This document shows positions 1 through 13,700 of a DNA stretch of 64,000 nt, piece after piece (position 1 is the first letter of the stretch; every line of letters begins with the position of its first letter). The stretch spans positions 1 through 64,000 of the forward strand of contig NMRA01000342.1 of assembly GCA_002633005.1 (NCBI GenBank). The letters run 5' to 3'. Made by a program: the position numbers and the translations under genes. This DNA comes from Phoronis australis. Its lineage: Eukaryota; Animalia; Phoronida. Under the pieces are notes generated by a model. That model was not told the DNA's origin, did no database searches, and saw only the letters and a list, made by a program, of their open reading frames with translations.

Positions 1-1783
1 GATCTGAATGGCTGACCCCCCACTTTGCCGCTTGTTGGCTGTACAGTGGTCGGTGGATCCGTGGACTGATACTTAACTATTGAAATTATCTTGGCATATT
101 TGAATTCCTGTTCAGATTATGCTGATGCTATGGACAAGGAAAGCGGGTGCATAGGGAAGTGTCATAACTGCCGCGCGCTAATATTAAAGTTCGTGCCATC
201 ACTTCGACGGATAATGATTTCCACACGTGTTATTTCTGTACTGTAGAGGGTATAAACACGTACTGGTATTTTTGGTGATTAGTTTTTAGCCTCAGAACTG
301 TGCTGTCAAAATAACGATTTCGACAAGGTTTCACTTTGACAGTTATTTCTCAAAATTACTTGATAGAGAATTAACTATCAGCCAGCATCTAACGTCCTAA
401 TTTTCGTTCATTGAAAAATCTTTACGTTGGGTTTCAACTCCACGCTACAGTTACCTGTATTCCTTAAATCGAGGTCAGTAAAGACATCAGTCTTGTCCGT
501 TCCCTTCTCTTTACTCCGGCATCACTGCTACTCTACCACTGTTCAGGGTTATTAAGCCATTCACCAACAGGTAGCAGAGAAACCGAATTCTAATATACCG
601 GTATTTATTTTAGCAAATTTTTATCACATTTCCTTTTTTTTAATGGTCCTAATTGAAACTTTTTCACGAATTCAATTTCAGATGACAGAAGTTCCAAATA
701 TCACCAGTTTTAATAGACGAAATATCAATTTGTTCTATGCAGTGAAGTAGCACTGTCAATCCATCGTTGGCTAGCGCCACCTACATGTATGCTTACCTCC
801 AAGCAATCTTACCCTCAAAACCAGATAACCTGACTGAGAAACAGGCCTCTTGAAGACAGCCGGGGTTGTACAATCTTGACATAAGATAATGTGCCGTGAA
901 CGGGCAGCGTTTCTAATGTTATCAGCGTAACGACTACGAAGGTGGTCCTTGTAAGAAAAACTTTTCTAAACAATCAGCCACAAAGTGATTCTTTTTACGA
1001 AACCAGCTTAACCTAAATACAACACAGTGTCACTGTACTTCCATGGTTATGTGAAAGAAAATCCCCTAAAAAGCGCGTAGTTAGATCATTGGTACTTTTT
1101 CGAGCTGTTATATCAAATAAAAATCTACGTTTCCCTTACAAAATAGAAAGTTAACGAAACGTGTCTAGTTCTTTTTGTATTCACCTGATTTATTCGTGTT
1201 TTTGCATACCCGGATGATGAAATCCCACGTCATTTATATGAACTCCAGCTAATAACCATTACGTTGATCGCACTAGTTAGTATTACAGCCGGAAACCTTT
1301 GCACTGGCAAACAAACAGTTAACCATCAAAATCTAAACTACACATTAAGGTACGACGTTCGCACTACACATTCAGTTGCAATTTTGTTATCCTTTTTTGC
1401 CATGACGATGTCGCGGAATGTCACGTTCAAATTTCATGACGTCACATGGGCGAATGGTGGCTCATTGTGCTATATCCTGTCAAGGTGGTAATAAATTAAT
1501 CACACTGAATGTACACATACGGTACTTTGCTGACATGTATATCCTATTAAGAACACCGCAACTTCGTCAGACGGCCTCGCAGTGTCGCGCAGAAATGCGT
1601 TTTTTACGTATTTTTACATAAGCAAGAATAAAAAACGGTGGCATTACGTAGTGCCATATGTTCAGTCTTGCGTGAAGACTTTCTTTCGCAATCTGTGGTT
1701 GTCCCGACACTTGCGACATCCCAGATGGGCATGTGAACTGATGCTCAAATACTTGCAACTTTTCAAGTCCTAATATGAAACAT

Positions 1784-2136
1784 CAGAGGATTCTTAAATG
1801 AGTACCTTTCTGCACGTAGTTAAATGTGCTTAATCTACGCGTACTTTTGCTGAATCTACGCTTACTTTTAGTTCTTAAACGATCATCGTTCAGCTCTTAA
1901 TCAACAAAGTAATGGCAACATCATTCACGTGGTCACTCACTTGATAAGAATCTGCAACGTTCTACAAAATTGTCCTGCACCCATATAGAAAGTCTTTCGA
2001 CATATTGAGATTTTAGATCACGGGCGTGACGAGACTATATGAACTGGTTAAAAGTGCGCGTTGATTAAGTAAAAGCACGTGCAGATAAGCACACGTAGAA
2101 TTACGCAAAGAAAAGAACTCGTTTAAGAACCCTCTG
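1784..2136. mobile_element. Palindromic MITE with ~90-bp degenerate TIRs
   Basis: cagaggattcttaaatgagtacctttc...ttttgctgaatctacgc at 1784 aligns with the reverse complement of 2045-2136 (cagagggttcttaaacgagttcttttc...ttttacttaatcaacgc). No clean TSD. Confidence 0.7.
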
Positions 2137-2471
2137 GCGCAGCAATGCCAAACTGTAACCGTATATGTACTGACTTGTTTAAAAAGCAATTCATTCGGTT
2201 GACTAATATCCTTCATTGTCAGTTATTTCTTCAAACATTGTATTTCATTTCCTCGCCGCTGCGCGCTTGAAAGAATTTCACACTTACTTACTTTCAAGTA
2301 TGTGTCGATTTGGCCGCACCTCTTAGGTGGCCAACAGCCCACTACAATTTGTAATACTCAGTTCCACTCGCATATCGTTCCAATCTTGCAGTAGTTTAGT
2401 GAAGGTTGACAAAGTTAAAAACCACAATTCCCATGTCGCTGCTGTTGTTACAGTCATTAAACAACGTTTCG

Positions 2472-2745
2472 TAATTGTATTGTGTATAGATCATCAGTAG
2501 CCTACGCTGCATATTTTAATTGTATTGTGTATAGACCATAAATAGCCTACACTGCATATTTTAATTGTATCGTGGATAGATCATCAATAACCTACATTGC
2601 ATATTTTAATTGGCTTTTGGATATATCATCGATAGCGTACTACCTTGCATTTTTTAATTGTTTTGTGGATAGACCATAAATAGCCTGCGCTGCATATTTT
2701 TAATTGTATCTAGAATAGATCGTTATTTAGTAGCTTACATTGCAC
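2472..2745. repeat. Minisatellite, ~45-bp unit, about 6 diverged copies
   Basis: Unit taattgtattgtgtatagatcatcagtagcctacgctgcatattt is repeated in tandem with substitutions. Confidence 0.9.
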
Positions 2746-3336
2746 ATGTTAGTCATTGCACGTGGTCAACAGCACAAAGCAATCTGGTTATTAGTAAGAT
2801 AACTGACAATTGAACATAGCCCCACGTCATACATGCACATGTGCGTGAACACTGGGACGAATGTTTTACCAGACCTGCGTCCCCTAGTGCAAGTTTCTTT
2901 CGAGAAAGGCGAGATCACCCGAGTCTTCGCGAGGTATCGCCATGCAATACAGGCGAAGCATGTGGTAACAGTACCTTAACTCGCGAGTGCCCTGCTTCTA
3001 CAAAACGCGGTCCTTTAAAGGGAAGTTGCCTAGGAGCACAACTTGCACGAGTTTTCGTCACCTACGCAATTTGTTAACCTGACGCGTGTAACGAACTTTC
3101 CAGTGCACTCCGACTCCAAATTTTTAATACCAAGAGAGGTCCGTTTCAGTAATCGTCACTGAGATGAATCCACAGGTACACTTAAATAGGGCCGTGTTTC
3201 TGACCTGAATGTCGAAACTAGTTGATGTTAACAAATAATTCATCCACGGTTCCCGCTGCGTCTTAAAAATTACTGCGCGTGCACAGGCACGTGAGTCGGT
3301 AACGATTAGGTTACACTGAACGACGGCTGAAATCGG

Positions 3337-3705
3337 GGGCCCGGTCTCTAATCTTTGTACTCGAAACGAACTCGAAACTATTTTTGGCAATTTCTCTGCT
3401 CCTTTTGTACGAACTTAAGATAATTGGTTATCAGACTGTGCTCGAATACATTATAGTTTATGCATAGGAGTTTCTAGTTCAAGTTTGCCCTTGAAGACCC
3501 TTATATTTGTGCTACAAACTCGAGTAAAAACTCGAAATTTCGAGTTCAAACTCGAACTTATATATTGGGTTTACAAACTGTGAACCAAGGGCAATAAATT
3601 ATCTACGTAAGTTATTGTGTAATCGAGCATAGAATAATAGACACTTATTTTGATTTCGCCCAAAAGTAGAGTAGAAAATGAGAAAAAAGATTGGAGACCG
3701 GGCCC
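3337..3705. mobile_element. MITE with 20-bp TIRs, PIF/Harbinger-like termini
   Basis: gggcccggtctctaatcttt ... aaagattggagaccgggccc (19/20 inverted match), with internal ctcgaa repeats. GGGCCCG termini are typical of Harbinger MITEs. TSD not recognisable. Confidence 0.75.
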
Positions 3706-4296
3706 GTATCTAAATCCGATCTGCAGTGTACACTTTCTGACTTTATAGACAACTGTCCCACATGACTAACCGGATTATGTAGACAAGTGCCCCAGCAGAA
3801 GTCACCTGACTTTTCGAGTTGAAAATCGTGTACTACATATGTTGAGTGAAAAACCATATCCCACGTTTTTGCTCCGATTTTCGATCGACTAATCAGAAGC
3901 TGCCGTATACGAATATTGAACTAATGTCTTCAGAGCGTACATACAGTACTTCGTAAGCCAAATCTAGCGTGTATTACATGTTTTGTTCTCAAATCCGATC
4001 AGATTATCCCCACGTGCAATCAGACTCGGTACTTTCAGAAGAAAAGACATTACACCATCCGATGATGTAGTATCGAACATCAAAAGCATACACATGTATT
4101 TAAGTAACTGACCATTTCTGCTAATAACTTCCTCTGCTATTCCAAGTTCCCGTAAATTGTTTCTTTGCCTTACTGTTCGTTAGCGGACACACTAAATGTC
4201 GGCTTCCACTGAGTTCTGTAGCACTGAGTTCTAGATGAGCCCACCCGTGGACGAGACGTCTCGCCACCAGGTGATTGCCTGGCAGTCTGGGCGTGC

Positions 4297-4513
4297 GTTC
4301 AGTAGACGCTAGGACCTACGCTAGGACCTACGCTAGGACCTACGCTAGGACCTACGCTAGGACCTACGCTAGGACCTACGCTAGGACCTACGCTAGGACC
4401 TAGCTAAAACCTAGTCAAAGTCACGGGTTCTCATTTAAAATGCACGGCAATATCTCACTTAATCTCGCGAAGTCTTGCTTTTAGCGAGGTCCTAGCGTTA
4501 CTGAACGGGAGGC
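4297..4513. mobile_element. Small hairpin element (copy 1) with an internal 12-bp x8 tandem expansion
   Basis: Inverted ends gttcagtagacgctaggacct ... aggtcctagcgttactgaac; (acgctaggacct)8 at 4306-4401. A second copy lies at 62345-62470. Confidence 0.85.
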
Positions 4514-5079
4514 GGCTCTACAGAACTGTATTGCTGTTATCGACAAATCAGCGCTGTTGAGAAATCAACGTTCAATAAGTACAAATACATGTATACTTTC
4601 CGTGCACCGCCGTAGGTCACCAGACGAGTAAGGGAACGTGGGATAGACAAAATGAGTCATTCGACTAAAATTCTGGAAAAGATTGCAAATTTTCTCAAGA
4701 AGTTGAAAGGTGGCTTAAAATCCGAAAGTTATGTGTTAGGCGGTCCCTCTTCACTGAATTAAAAGATTTAATCTTGTAGTCATTAACGATCATAACCTAA
4801 AACCAATTTGTACAAATTATCTCAGTAATTGGTATATTTCAGAGTCTTTGTATTGGTGATTTAGGTTCAAACGTTTTTCATAAGTTGTGTGGAGCGCAAT
4901 GCCAAATTTCTGGTTAATTCTTACAACAATTATCTTGAAACAGACACCTGGGGCAGGCGGTTGTTTCCCAAAGAGTCTAATGTACTTTGAACTTTGACAA
5001 AAATTTAGTCGACGAATGATTTTTCTGTGTCACGAAACCAAGCTAAGTCTAAATGCCATATAAAAATCTGTGTACAGAA

Positions 5080-5232
5080 CATGGGCGGATCCAGGATTTT
5101 GAGTTAGGGGGGCACAACATACTATTAGCCAGGCTTTTGCCCCTCAGACATTCGCATCCCCGAACTGCCAAATGGAATCTGTAATATTTTAGGGGGTCAT
5201 GGCCTCCCAGGCTCCCTCTAAATCCGCCACTG
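5080..5232. mobile_element. hAT5-like MITE with 5-bp TSD
   Basis: Ends catgggcggat ... atccgccactg; flanks cagaa/tagaa. Confidence 0.75.
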
Positions 5233-6780
5233 TAGAAATCCGAAGCTTGCCCGGGAGCAGACTAAAAGCGAACACCAAAACAAAAAACTTAATTTTGTCT
5301 GTAGATTATTCGAGAATCAGATTTTATCGTCTACTTCCACTATTTACTCTGAGTCAATATTGTCAAAATGTTGGAGTACACGCAGGTAAACCGCAGACAC
5401 ACGTCGGCACCCAAAAAGAACAGCGCACCTTCATACCTATGCCAGTACACAAACTGCTAGTCCCGAAACCAACCAATAGGGACCACACCAGTAACGCAAC
5501 AATACCTTAACTGACGTATCTGAAACACGCAATATCTTGCAATACTCATCTGGTCGGGTATATTTTGTCCTTAGTGTATTTCGGTAAGACCGGGGTGTGT
5601 AATTAGATGACGATATGGGTCTCATTGCAATCTAGTCCTAAGCAGCATATTGGTCAATCAAAAACCGACACAGAAGCGGGTTGGCGTAACATCGTCGAAT
5701 CATCGAGAACTACTGGTCACTAAACATAGTAACGTCACATACACTCTGACGAAAAAATTGAGGTTAGGCGCCTAAGTTGTCGCCAAGTTCTCTGTGGCAA
5801 AAGTTTGATAGCAGAGCTATTTCACTGCGATAAAAGTTTCGATTTATTGCTAAACGATTTTTGTCTTGAAGCGCGTAAAATTGTAGTTGGTTTATTCTGA
5901 AAAATACTGTGCTCTAATGCAAGATAATTTCTCACGGGAAACTAGGTCGCGAGCTCGTCGCATAGATATCGGTAGATCGGCGTATCCATTGTTCACTTTG
6001 TTTTACTTCTCATTATTAAATAACGGAAAGCAGTTCTTGGCAACCGTCTGATTTGCACCCAGGGTACGATATCCGTGCAACTTGTCGTATTTTATCAACA
6101 GAAACGGAACAAAGGAAAACAATGGTAGCATTCCACAGGCGATAACCATGCGACGCCCTTGTGCCGTCGCATGGGTCTCGCAAGTTAAACAATATCTTGC
6201 AACATCCGTACGCCGTCATTTTGCTTAAAAGAGGACGACCCATACCTAAGAAGCATGTTCGAGAAATTATATCAATTGTATCTATACCTCAGTTTTCACC
6301 TCTTGACAAAATCTTGACACCCTGTCGCTTTCGTCGGACCATGCATTTCGTAGACTGTTTCAGAACACCATTTCTTCTTTTCAAAGTTCATTTCATGCTT
6401 TTGGTGACTCTGGCAATGAAACGATACAGTCGTCAGTTAGAAAATCATTTCCGCACCACTCCCAAAGTATTTTTTCATCCCTCGTACAGTGCATTTGGCC
6501 GCCGACAAGACAAGGGCACGCGTGAAGCAACACAATGCGTTATGTTTAACACTAGACACAGTAAACGACTTTAACAGCTATCTATCAGGACACGCGCTGC
6601 ATGTCATCAAGGCATAATGAATTTTACAACATCAGTGCGCACACCTGTTGAGCTAGTCCCGTGCCCAGCCAACCGAGACCGCAAAGCGTTGACAAGAGGT
6701 AACGATTTGTCGAGTCACAAAAGGCTGTTCGTACGGTACGCGGTTCGTGCCACTTTTCATTCAAACTGCATTACATTAAG

Positions 6781-6940
6781 ATGCATACGCACATACGGAC
6801 ATACACACATGCGTGTACTAACACACACACGTGCGCACACGCACACACACACACACACTCATGGGCGGCGCACCATAGGGGGCTGGGGGGCTATAGACCC
6901 CATTTTTTCAGTGCTGCGCAGCCCAAACACACACACACGC

Positions 6941-6991
<51 letters not shown>

Positions 6992-7135
6992 CATGTATAT
7001 ACTGTATATATACGCGCACACAGATATATACTCACATAACACAAACAATCAGTGTATAAACTACATACATATGTACATGCGTGTATTCATATCTAAACAC
7101 ACGCATACATACATGAATAAATGTATATACATGAA
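6781..7135. repeat. Compound (CA)n/(TA)n microsatellite containing a ~65-bp mini-MITE at 6860-6926
   Basis: Direct dinucleotide runs. catgggcggcgcaccatagggggctggggggctatag matches the reverse complement of 55695-55766. Confidence 0.9.
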
Positions 7136-8103
7136 TATATTTAGCCAACAAGATGTGTGATTGGATTTCTGTAGAGATTTTCTAAACTGTAGGTCACGTG
7201 ATGTGACCACATGTCACAGTTAAGAAGGCTATTATTTCTTACAATATTAAGTACATGCAAACACACACATGACAAACAATTGTGCATGCTAACGTACGTT
7301 CATATCTATCAACACTAATATAAAAAGATTTATACCACAATATTAGCCTCGAATGGCCAAAACAACCATATAACAACCCATTTAGTTATCTCACTAGTGA
7401 TATAACATTTTGCCGGGAACCGAGACCAGTTTCGAACCCGGGCCGTAAGAGTTTCGGTTTGTCAACTTTACCACTGCACCACTCAGCGGCTGACGTCATC
7501 GAACGTGAAAATAGAATGCTTAAATGAGCACGCGCAACAATCGTATGTTCAATAATGGGCACTGTACCGACATTTAAACGCTATGAAAAATAACACGCAT
7601 AATTTCCATAAAAACGACATTTTAATTCAATGCTCTCACTTGTAAATCACCGATCTCCAATTTGAATGCGATATCGTGACTTGGGCATTATACTCAGTTA
7701 CCAGTGGTAACCTACTTTAGCATACGATATTTTCACGGTCCAGCTTAACGTGCTAAAATTTGTAGTAATCTATAATAGTTGCTAAGCCTTAATTTATAGA
7801 TTCACTTTGTTTCTATTTTGTTTAAATTGTCAATTGGTTTTGAGTAAAAGCATTATTTGACAAAAATAGCTGTTTTTCTTAAAAGGTCACGACTCCGACC
7901 TCGGGCCTCTTACATACGTAGAAAGTAGTTACAAAGCCGAGGCGAGTCGAGAAAGGTAGATCGATTCATTGCAATTTTTCTAGTTCAGTATATGGTATAA
8001 ATAGAGTATTACATGTCCTCATTCGTTTTCGGGCGACAATGCTCCGAAATCCATTCGGGCTCTAGAATACCGGGGATAACGACTTAACCATGTAATAATC
8101 TAT
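7136..8103. mobile_element. Unclassified ~1-kb non-autonomous element between microsatellites, with a terminal hairpin and an internal tRNA-like module
   Basis: atagagtattacatg (8001-8015) and catgtaataatctat (8089-8103) form an inverted pair. On the minus strand: A box tggtgcagtggt (7481-7470) and B box gggttcgaaac (~7439-7429). Confidence 0.5.
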
Positions 8104-8280
8104 ATGTCTACATACATATATACAACGCACATACATGTACATACATTTATACATACAATCATACATACAAGCAAACATTCATACATGCATACAAACATAC
8201 ATACATACATACATACATACGTACGTACATACAAATATATTCATGTTTATGTATATACACACTTGCACGCATGCATACAA
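8104..8280. repeat. (ACAT)n-type microsatellite
   Basis: catacatacatacatac runs. Confidence 0.9.
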
Positions 8281-9111
8281 ACTCTGCCATGGTGCAAACA
8301 CGAACATTGCTGAGGCTCTAATCTCCGAACTCAGACAATATTCAGAATCAGACTCGAAACTAACCCTGGCAGTCGCACGACATGCTTCGATAACAGTTTT
8401 GTAGGTTTCACACTCAAATTGCATAGCAGACACTTAATAACCCTAAATAACGATCGTCTGAGAACATTTATCTGAGTAAATAATACGACTAATATCACTG
8501 CTTGCAAATCAAGCCCTTCAGAAGAACGTTTTCACTCGAAGATTCGAAGTTTTACCATAGCTTTCCACCCCGCCATTTGCCTTGTCCACCTAGAGAAGAA
8601 CTCTTGAACTAAAGCATTCACTTGGCTCATTGGCTGAAATTCGGTCACTGCTAATTATTAAATGATGTTAATAGGTCAAATTGGCAGAAGATTTTATTTG
8701 TCATTGCTAGAAAGAAGCGAAAAAGAATAGTGTTAAACCGTTTTTGGTTGTCTGAATGACCTAAGAGAATTTGATTTAGTTAGCACTAGCGCACTCAACA
8801 AGTATACTTTACACACATACTAGGAATTTTATTTATGCACTAACAAAATCGTTAGAAAGTGGATGGGCCTTCTAATCTGTTCCAGCTAAGTACATGTATT
8901 AGCTATATCGGGGAAAATTACTTCTCAAACGCAATGAACGGACAGTCGAAAGCAGTCCCAGGTTGGTCTATACCAACACCTACTGTGGCTGACACTAGAG
9001 GTGCTGCCACCGCCGAGACGAAAAGCTTCGCAATGGGACCAGAGAATGGCTAAACACGCCGCGAACAATGGGTATGTCACTCACGAGGGAGATGAAGTTT
9101 CGAAAAACAAA

Positions 9112-9203
9112 TTTCGTAAGCAGGCGGACTCATGGGTTGAGAGTGCTGACAGCTTGTTTTCGTAAGCAGGCGGACTCATGGGTTGAGAGTGCTGACAGCT
9201 TGT
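9112..9203. repeat. Perfect 46-bp tandem duplication
   Basis: tttcgtaagcaggcggactcatgggttgagagtgctgacagcttgt occurs twice in a row. Confidence 0.95.
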
Positions 9204-9325
9204 GTTTCACTAATTGGGCTATTGGACTTAACTTTGATGTATGTGGCAGCAGGTAACAATCAAATATTGCAATACGTGTGAAAATAATTGAATAACTAAA
9301 TCCAGCAAAATATTGAATACTGTAT

Positions 9326-9720
9326 CAATCAATCAATCAATCAATAATCATTTATTTAAGTGACCTGGAGCAATTGCTACCCAACCAAGACTTGGGCTTA
9401 TAAGTCACCTTTTCCAAAAAGAATGTACAAAAACAATGTTGAAAAGTAAATCACCTGGGAAATTATGATTAATAATGATATAAATAATAACAACATTTCA
9501 TTTAAAACGCTACACAATATACAGTGTAGGCCTATGTCAGAAAAAACTATTGTTCAAAGTTTACCCATAAGTTTTACATGAGAGACCAGTCTTTACTCAT
9601 TAAATTTGTCCTTTATTGTTCGTTGACAGCGTACATAAATAATTTTTATTTCATACTTTCTGTGATTACGAAACACATTGAATGCCTACTAAATTGTCGA
9701 CTTGATCATTCTAAAGCTGC
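9326..9720 (-). mobile_element. Probable LINE (CR1/L2-type) 3' end remnant
   Basis: On the minus strand an aataaa signal is followed by a (TTGA)n tail; on plus this reads (tcaa)5 then tttattt. Confidence 0.4.
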
Positions 9721-10797
9721 ATAATACAAAACACGAGAGTTACAAATTAAGGAAGCGTATTACACAACATGGTGGATGTTTCGACACTGGCATGTTTAAT
9801 ATTTTGTAACCCGGATGATAATGCCAAGGTACACTGAGTAATAGATGTCTTCGTAATGGCGTGCGCCACCAGTTGGGTTTATTTGTAACTTCTTTTACAA
9901 ATAAAGGTTGAGTGTAATTTGACTTGAAAGACCCTACAAATGTAAACAGACGCAATACGGAAACTTTATGAATTCTTATCTATAATGTTCGGCCATGCGT
10001 GATCATGAGTCATTAATTTTGTTCATTGAAAACAAACTATCGCCTTTCAAATTCATTTTGTGATTGTGAAACCGAAACGAACAACTTCGCGGTAAGATAT
10101 TTCCTGATATCTGATAGTCTGAATAACACGGATATGCAGACAATACACGGTACATCGTCTCCTTCAAGGAATGGTCGGTCTTTTGTTGAGGTCTACAGAC
10201 GTGCCTATAGTGAAACTGGCGTGTAACTCTACACTTTGTACATGTGTACTTGCAATATTCCAGAAACACAACCTTCTGAAGTTCCACTCAGCCTATCTAA
10301 GTGCCGATTGCGGGTTAGTGCGCAGACAATAAGTCTGAACAAGGGCTATTGTCCAATTGACCTATCATCAGGATTTTGAGTGATGGCTTAACTGACCAAT
10401 CAGAACGCAGCATTCTTGAAACACCTCTGTTTCCAACCCGCCATTTTACTCGACAAACAATACGTTGTTGAGTAAATATCATTGCTTGTTTAGCGACAAT
10501 TCGCGAGGGGCGGAGCTTGCGATAGATCAAATAAAAGATGATTCCCGCCTCCGTGACAAAATAGTCAACCCAGAAGTAACAAGACTTGTGCAGATATCAC
10601 TGCGAGGGCAATTGAAACATGGTATGCCCTGCTACTTTCACGCAGTGCGGCCAACAGAAGTTATTGTGAAACGTCACAGAGACAATTTATTCGGTTGAGC
10701 GCAGGTCAAATATGCATATGTGTATTTACGGTTTAAACGCTTTGTCAATTATTCATACACAGAAAGTAGTCTGAGTGCAGCTACATGTATCACTTAA

Positions 10798-13700
10798 TAG
10801 TGCAAAAAACACGTCTACTGTCAGGGCCTGGGCAGATAAGTGCAAATATGCACCAGAATTGTGCAAATGATGATACAAGCACCAAATTTTCCATGATGAC
10901 TCATAATAGCATACTTAAGAGATCTGTCCGACTAGCCACCTGAAAATCCAAGATGGCGGCCATTTTTCAAGATGGCCGCCGTCCAGTGTTCGTGATAATG
11001 ATTTTCCTTGTAAATCAGTATCTACCCAACCGATTTTAGCGATCTGGGGGTCAAATGTTATAGTTTTGGGTATGCCTAATTCATTTTGGACACTGTGAAC
11101 ACTCTCAATTACATATATTATCAGGATATAGACAATTATACACTTTAATTCGGTCAATTTATATGATTTTTGTCTGGGCGAATGCTTTGGTCATGCTGCA
11201 TCTGTCTTGTATCAATAGCTGATTATATATTATGCATGGGGTGTACGGGTGTAGTGGTAGAGCCGGGTAGTACTTTTGTTTCAGCAGTCAGCCACATCCC
11301 CTGGATCACAATTTAACAGGCATGCCAAGGACCCGGAGACCCCCTTTGCCGTGTATGTTGGCTTGTCTGTCTTTGCCAAAACAAGGAAGAGGCAACTGAT
11401 TGAGATGCTCCATGAGAACAGAATCAGCGTTTCCTATGATAGGGTCCGTGAAATCTCAGCCCACCTTGGAGAGGCTGTTGTGGCACAGTACATTGAAGAT
11501 GGAGTCGTCCGCCCACCAATCCTGCAAAAGCATGTGTTCACGACTTCTGCGGTGGACAACATTGACCACAACCCGACTGCAACTACAGCTCAATCTTCCT
11601 TCCATGGTACCAGTATGTCCCTCTTTCAGCACCCAAGTTCTGAATACCCTGGTGAAGAACGTGAAGCACTGAAACTCAATCCAGATCCAAAGGTCAAGAC
11701 AGTCCCAGAGCTTTTTGAGGATTTCACAACGTTCGACCAGCTTGCATCAGAAAGAATCCCAATTTTCCTACAATTACAAGTCATACTTACCCTACACCCG
11801 AGTCAATCAAGTCACACATGAAGGAATATTACATGTGGTTGGAAAAGATATCACTAACCGAGACCATTGGAGACGGGGTAAATGTGTCACGGGCAACCCA
11901 TCATGCAGCACAGAACATCAGCCAGTCATTCGAAGTGAGCCTTACCTCAGTATTGCCTATAATTCTTCACCAGGCCAACTCGGTTGCCACAATCAAGCAC
12001 TGCATGCATAAGATTCAAAACACAGTGGCTTTCCTAAACCCAGGAAAAACCCCAGTTTAGCTGTTGACCAGCCACTGTTTGCTCTTGCTAAGCATATACA
12101 GTGGCAGTGGCTAGAGGAGTACGGAGATGACAAGTTCGTCATCATGTTCGGGCGACTACACATTGAGATGGCTGCACTGAGATCATTAGGAACCCTCCTA
12201 GAAGACAGTGGCTGGACAAGTGTGGCATCATCTGGTACAGCAGAGTCATTCCTGACAAGTGTCACCAGGACAAGACATGCCCACCAAATCACTGCATGCA
12301 GCTTGTACAGATTGATGAAGGAATTTCACCGTGACCACTGCTCCGAGTGTGAGGTGTTAGGCAATATTCCTATGGCATTTGAAGACTGGCGTGAGAGGCA
12401 GAGGAGTACGAGCCCACAATTCCAGTTTTGGAATCTGGTGCTGGATATAGAACTTGCCATTCTTCTCTTGGTCCGCTCTTTTAGGGAAGGACACTAGCGA
12501 CACCCTAGCGAGAATCCTTGACAGAACTGATTCCTTACTTCTTCGCGAGCAACAATTCAAACTATGCCAGATGGCTCCCAATGCATTGGTGGGATATGAT
12601 GTCTCTTGAGCACCAACACCCAGATGTCGCCAGGGAGTTTCACAAGGGGAACTTCGTCATTCACAAATCAAAATGTGAGTTTTCGGCAATGGTGGTACAT
12701 CAAGCTCACGAACAAAAAATGCAGTCATCAAAAGTGATGGTGGAGCTGTTGGGCTAACTGAGGATCCTGCAGCACTGAGGAGATGTATGGTAGCTGGACC
12801 AGAAGTGAGTAGTTTAGTTGCTGGCTATGAAAACATATCATGCGTTAAGGACACAGCTATCACCACTAAACACCACGTAAGTACCCAGCGGGCATTCCTT
12901 GAGAAGGTCAAGGCGCTACAAAGAGTCTTGAAGGACATGGGCAACCTTTTTCAGACCTACTGGTTCTAGACACAAAGACTATTAAAGATCCAGCGCTAGC
13001 TGAGCTCGGTGCAACACATCCTGAGAGATGAAAACAACAATTCAAGTTATTTGTAGAAGGCCTGGAGAGTCAAGATACAAGGGCATTCTTCCGCCTAATA
13101 AAGAAGAACAAAATTGCCTTCTTTAATTATGAGAACGTTGCCTGTAGTTCCAAGGAAAAGTTCATGAAAGAAGACTATCATCTGTTCTACAGACTATTCA
13201 TCTCCTGCCAGGTTAGACAGTGTGATTTACAGGAGTTCTTCGCTCATGAGAACCAGGCAGCTCCGGCTTCACTCAGTGACAATGACAAGCTCCATGCATC
13301 CCAAAAGTCACAGCTGACGGACATTCTTGAATCCGGAGTCACTCTACCAGAAAGCGAAGCAGAAGGAGATACCATCATCATTGATGGCTCAGCTCTGATT
13401 AATGTCATACCTCCGCGGAGCTCAAAGACATTTGATGACTATGCCAAAGAAGATTTTCTGCCAAAGTTGAAGTGCTATGCTGCCAAATACGAACGAGTGG
13501 ACATTGAGTTTGATGTCTACAGGAAGCTGAGCCTGAAGTCTAAAACCAGAACCAAAAGAGTACTTGTGATCAGGAGAAGAGTAACAGGAAGTGCCAAGGC
13601 GCCTCAAAGCTGGAGAAGCTTTCTGCGAGATGATAGCAATAAGACTGAACTATTTAATTTCCGCGAAGAGAAAACGCGTGACACTGAGACAACGAGCACC

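Noticed and set aside
4306-4401. Regular short repeat as a CRISPR array
   Set aside because: Head-to-tail 12-mers with no spacers, no cas genes and a eukaryotic context.
6617-8433. His/Thr/Tyr/Ile-rich ORFs
   Set aside because: These are translations of (CA)n, (TA)n and (ACAT)n microsatellites.
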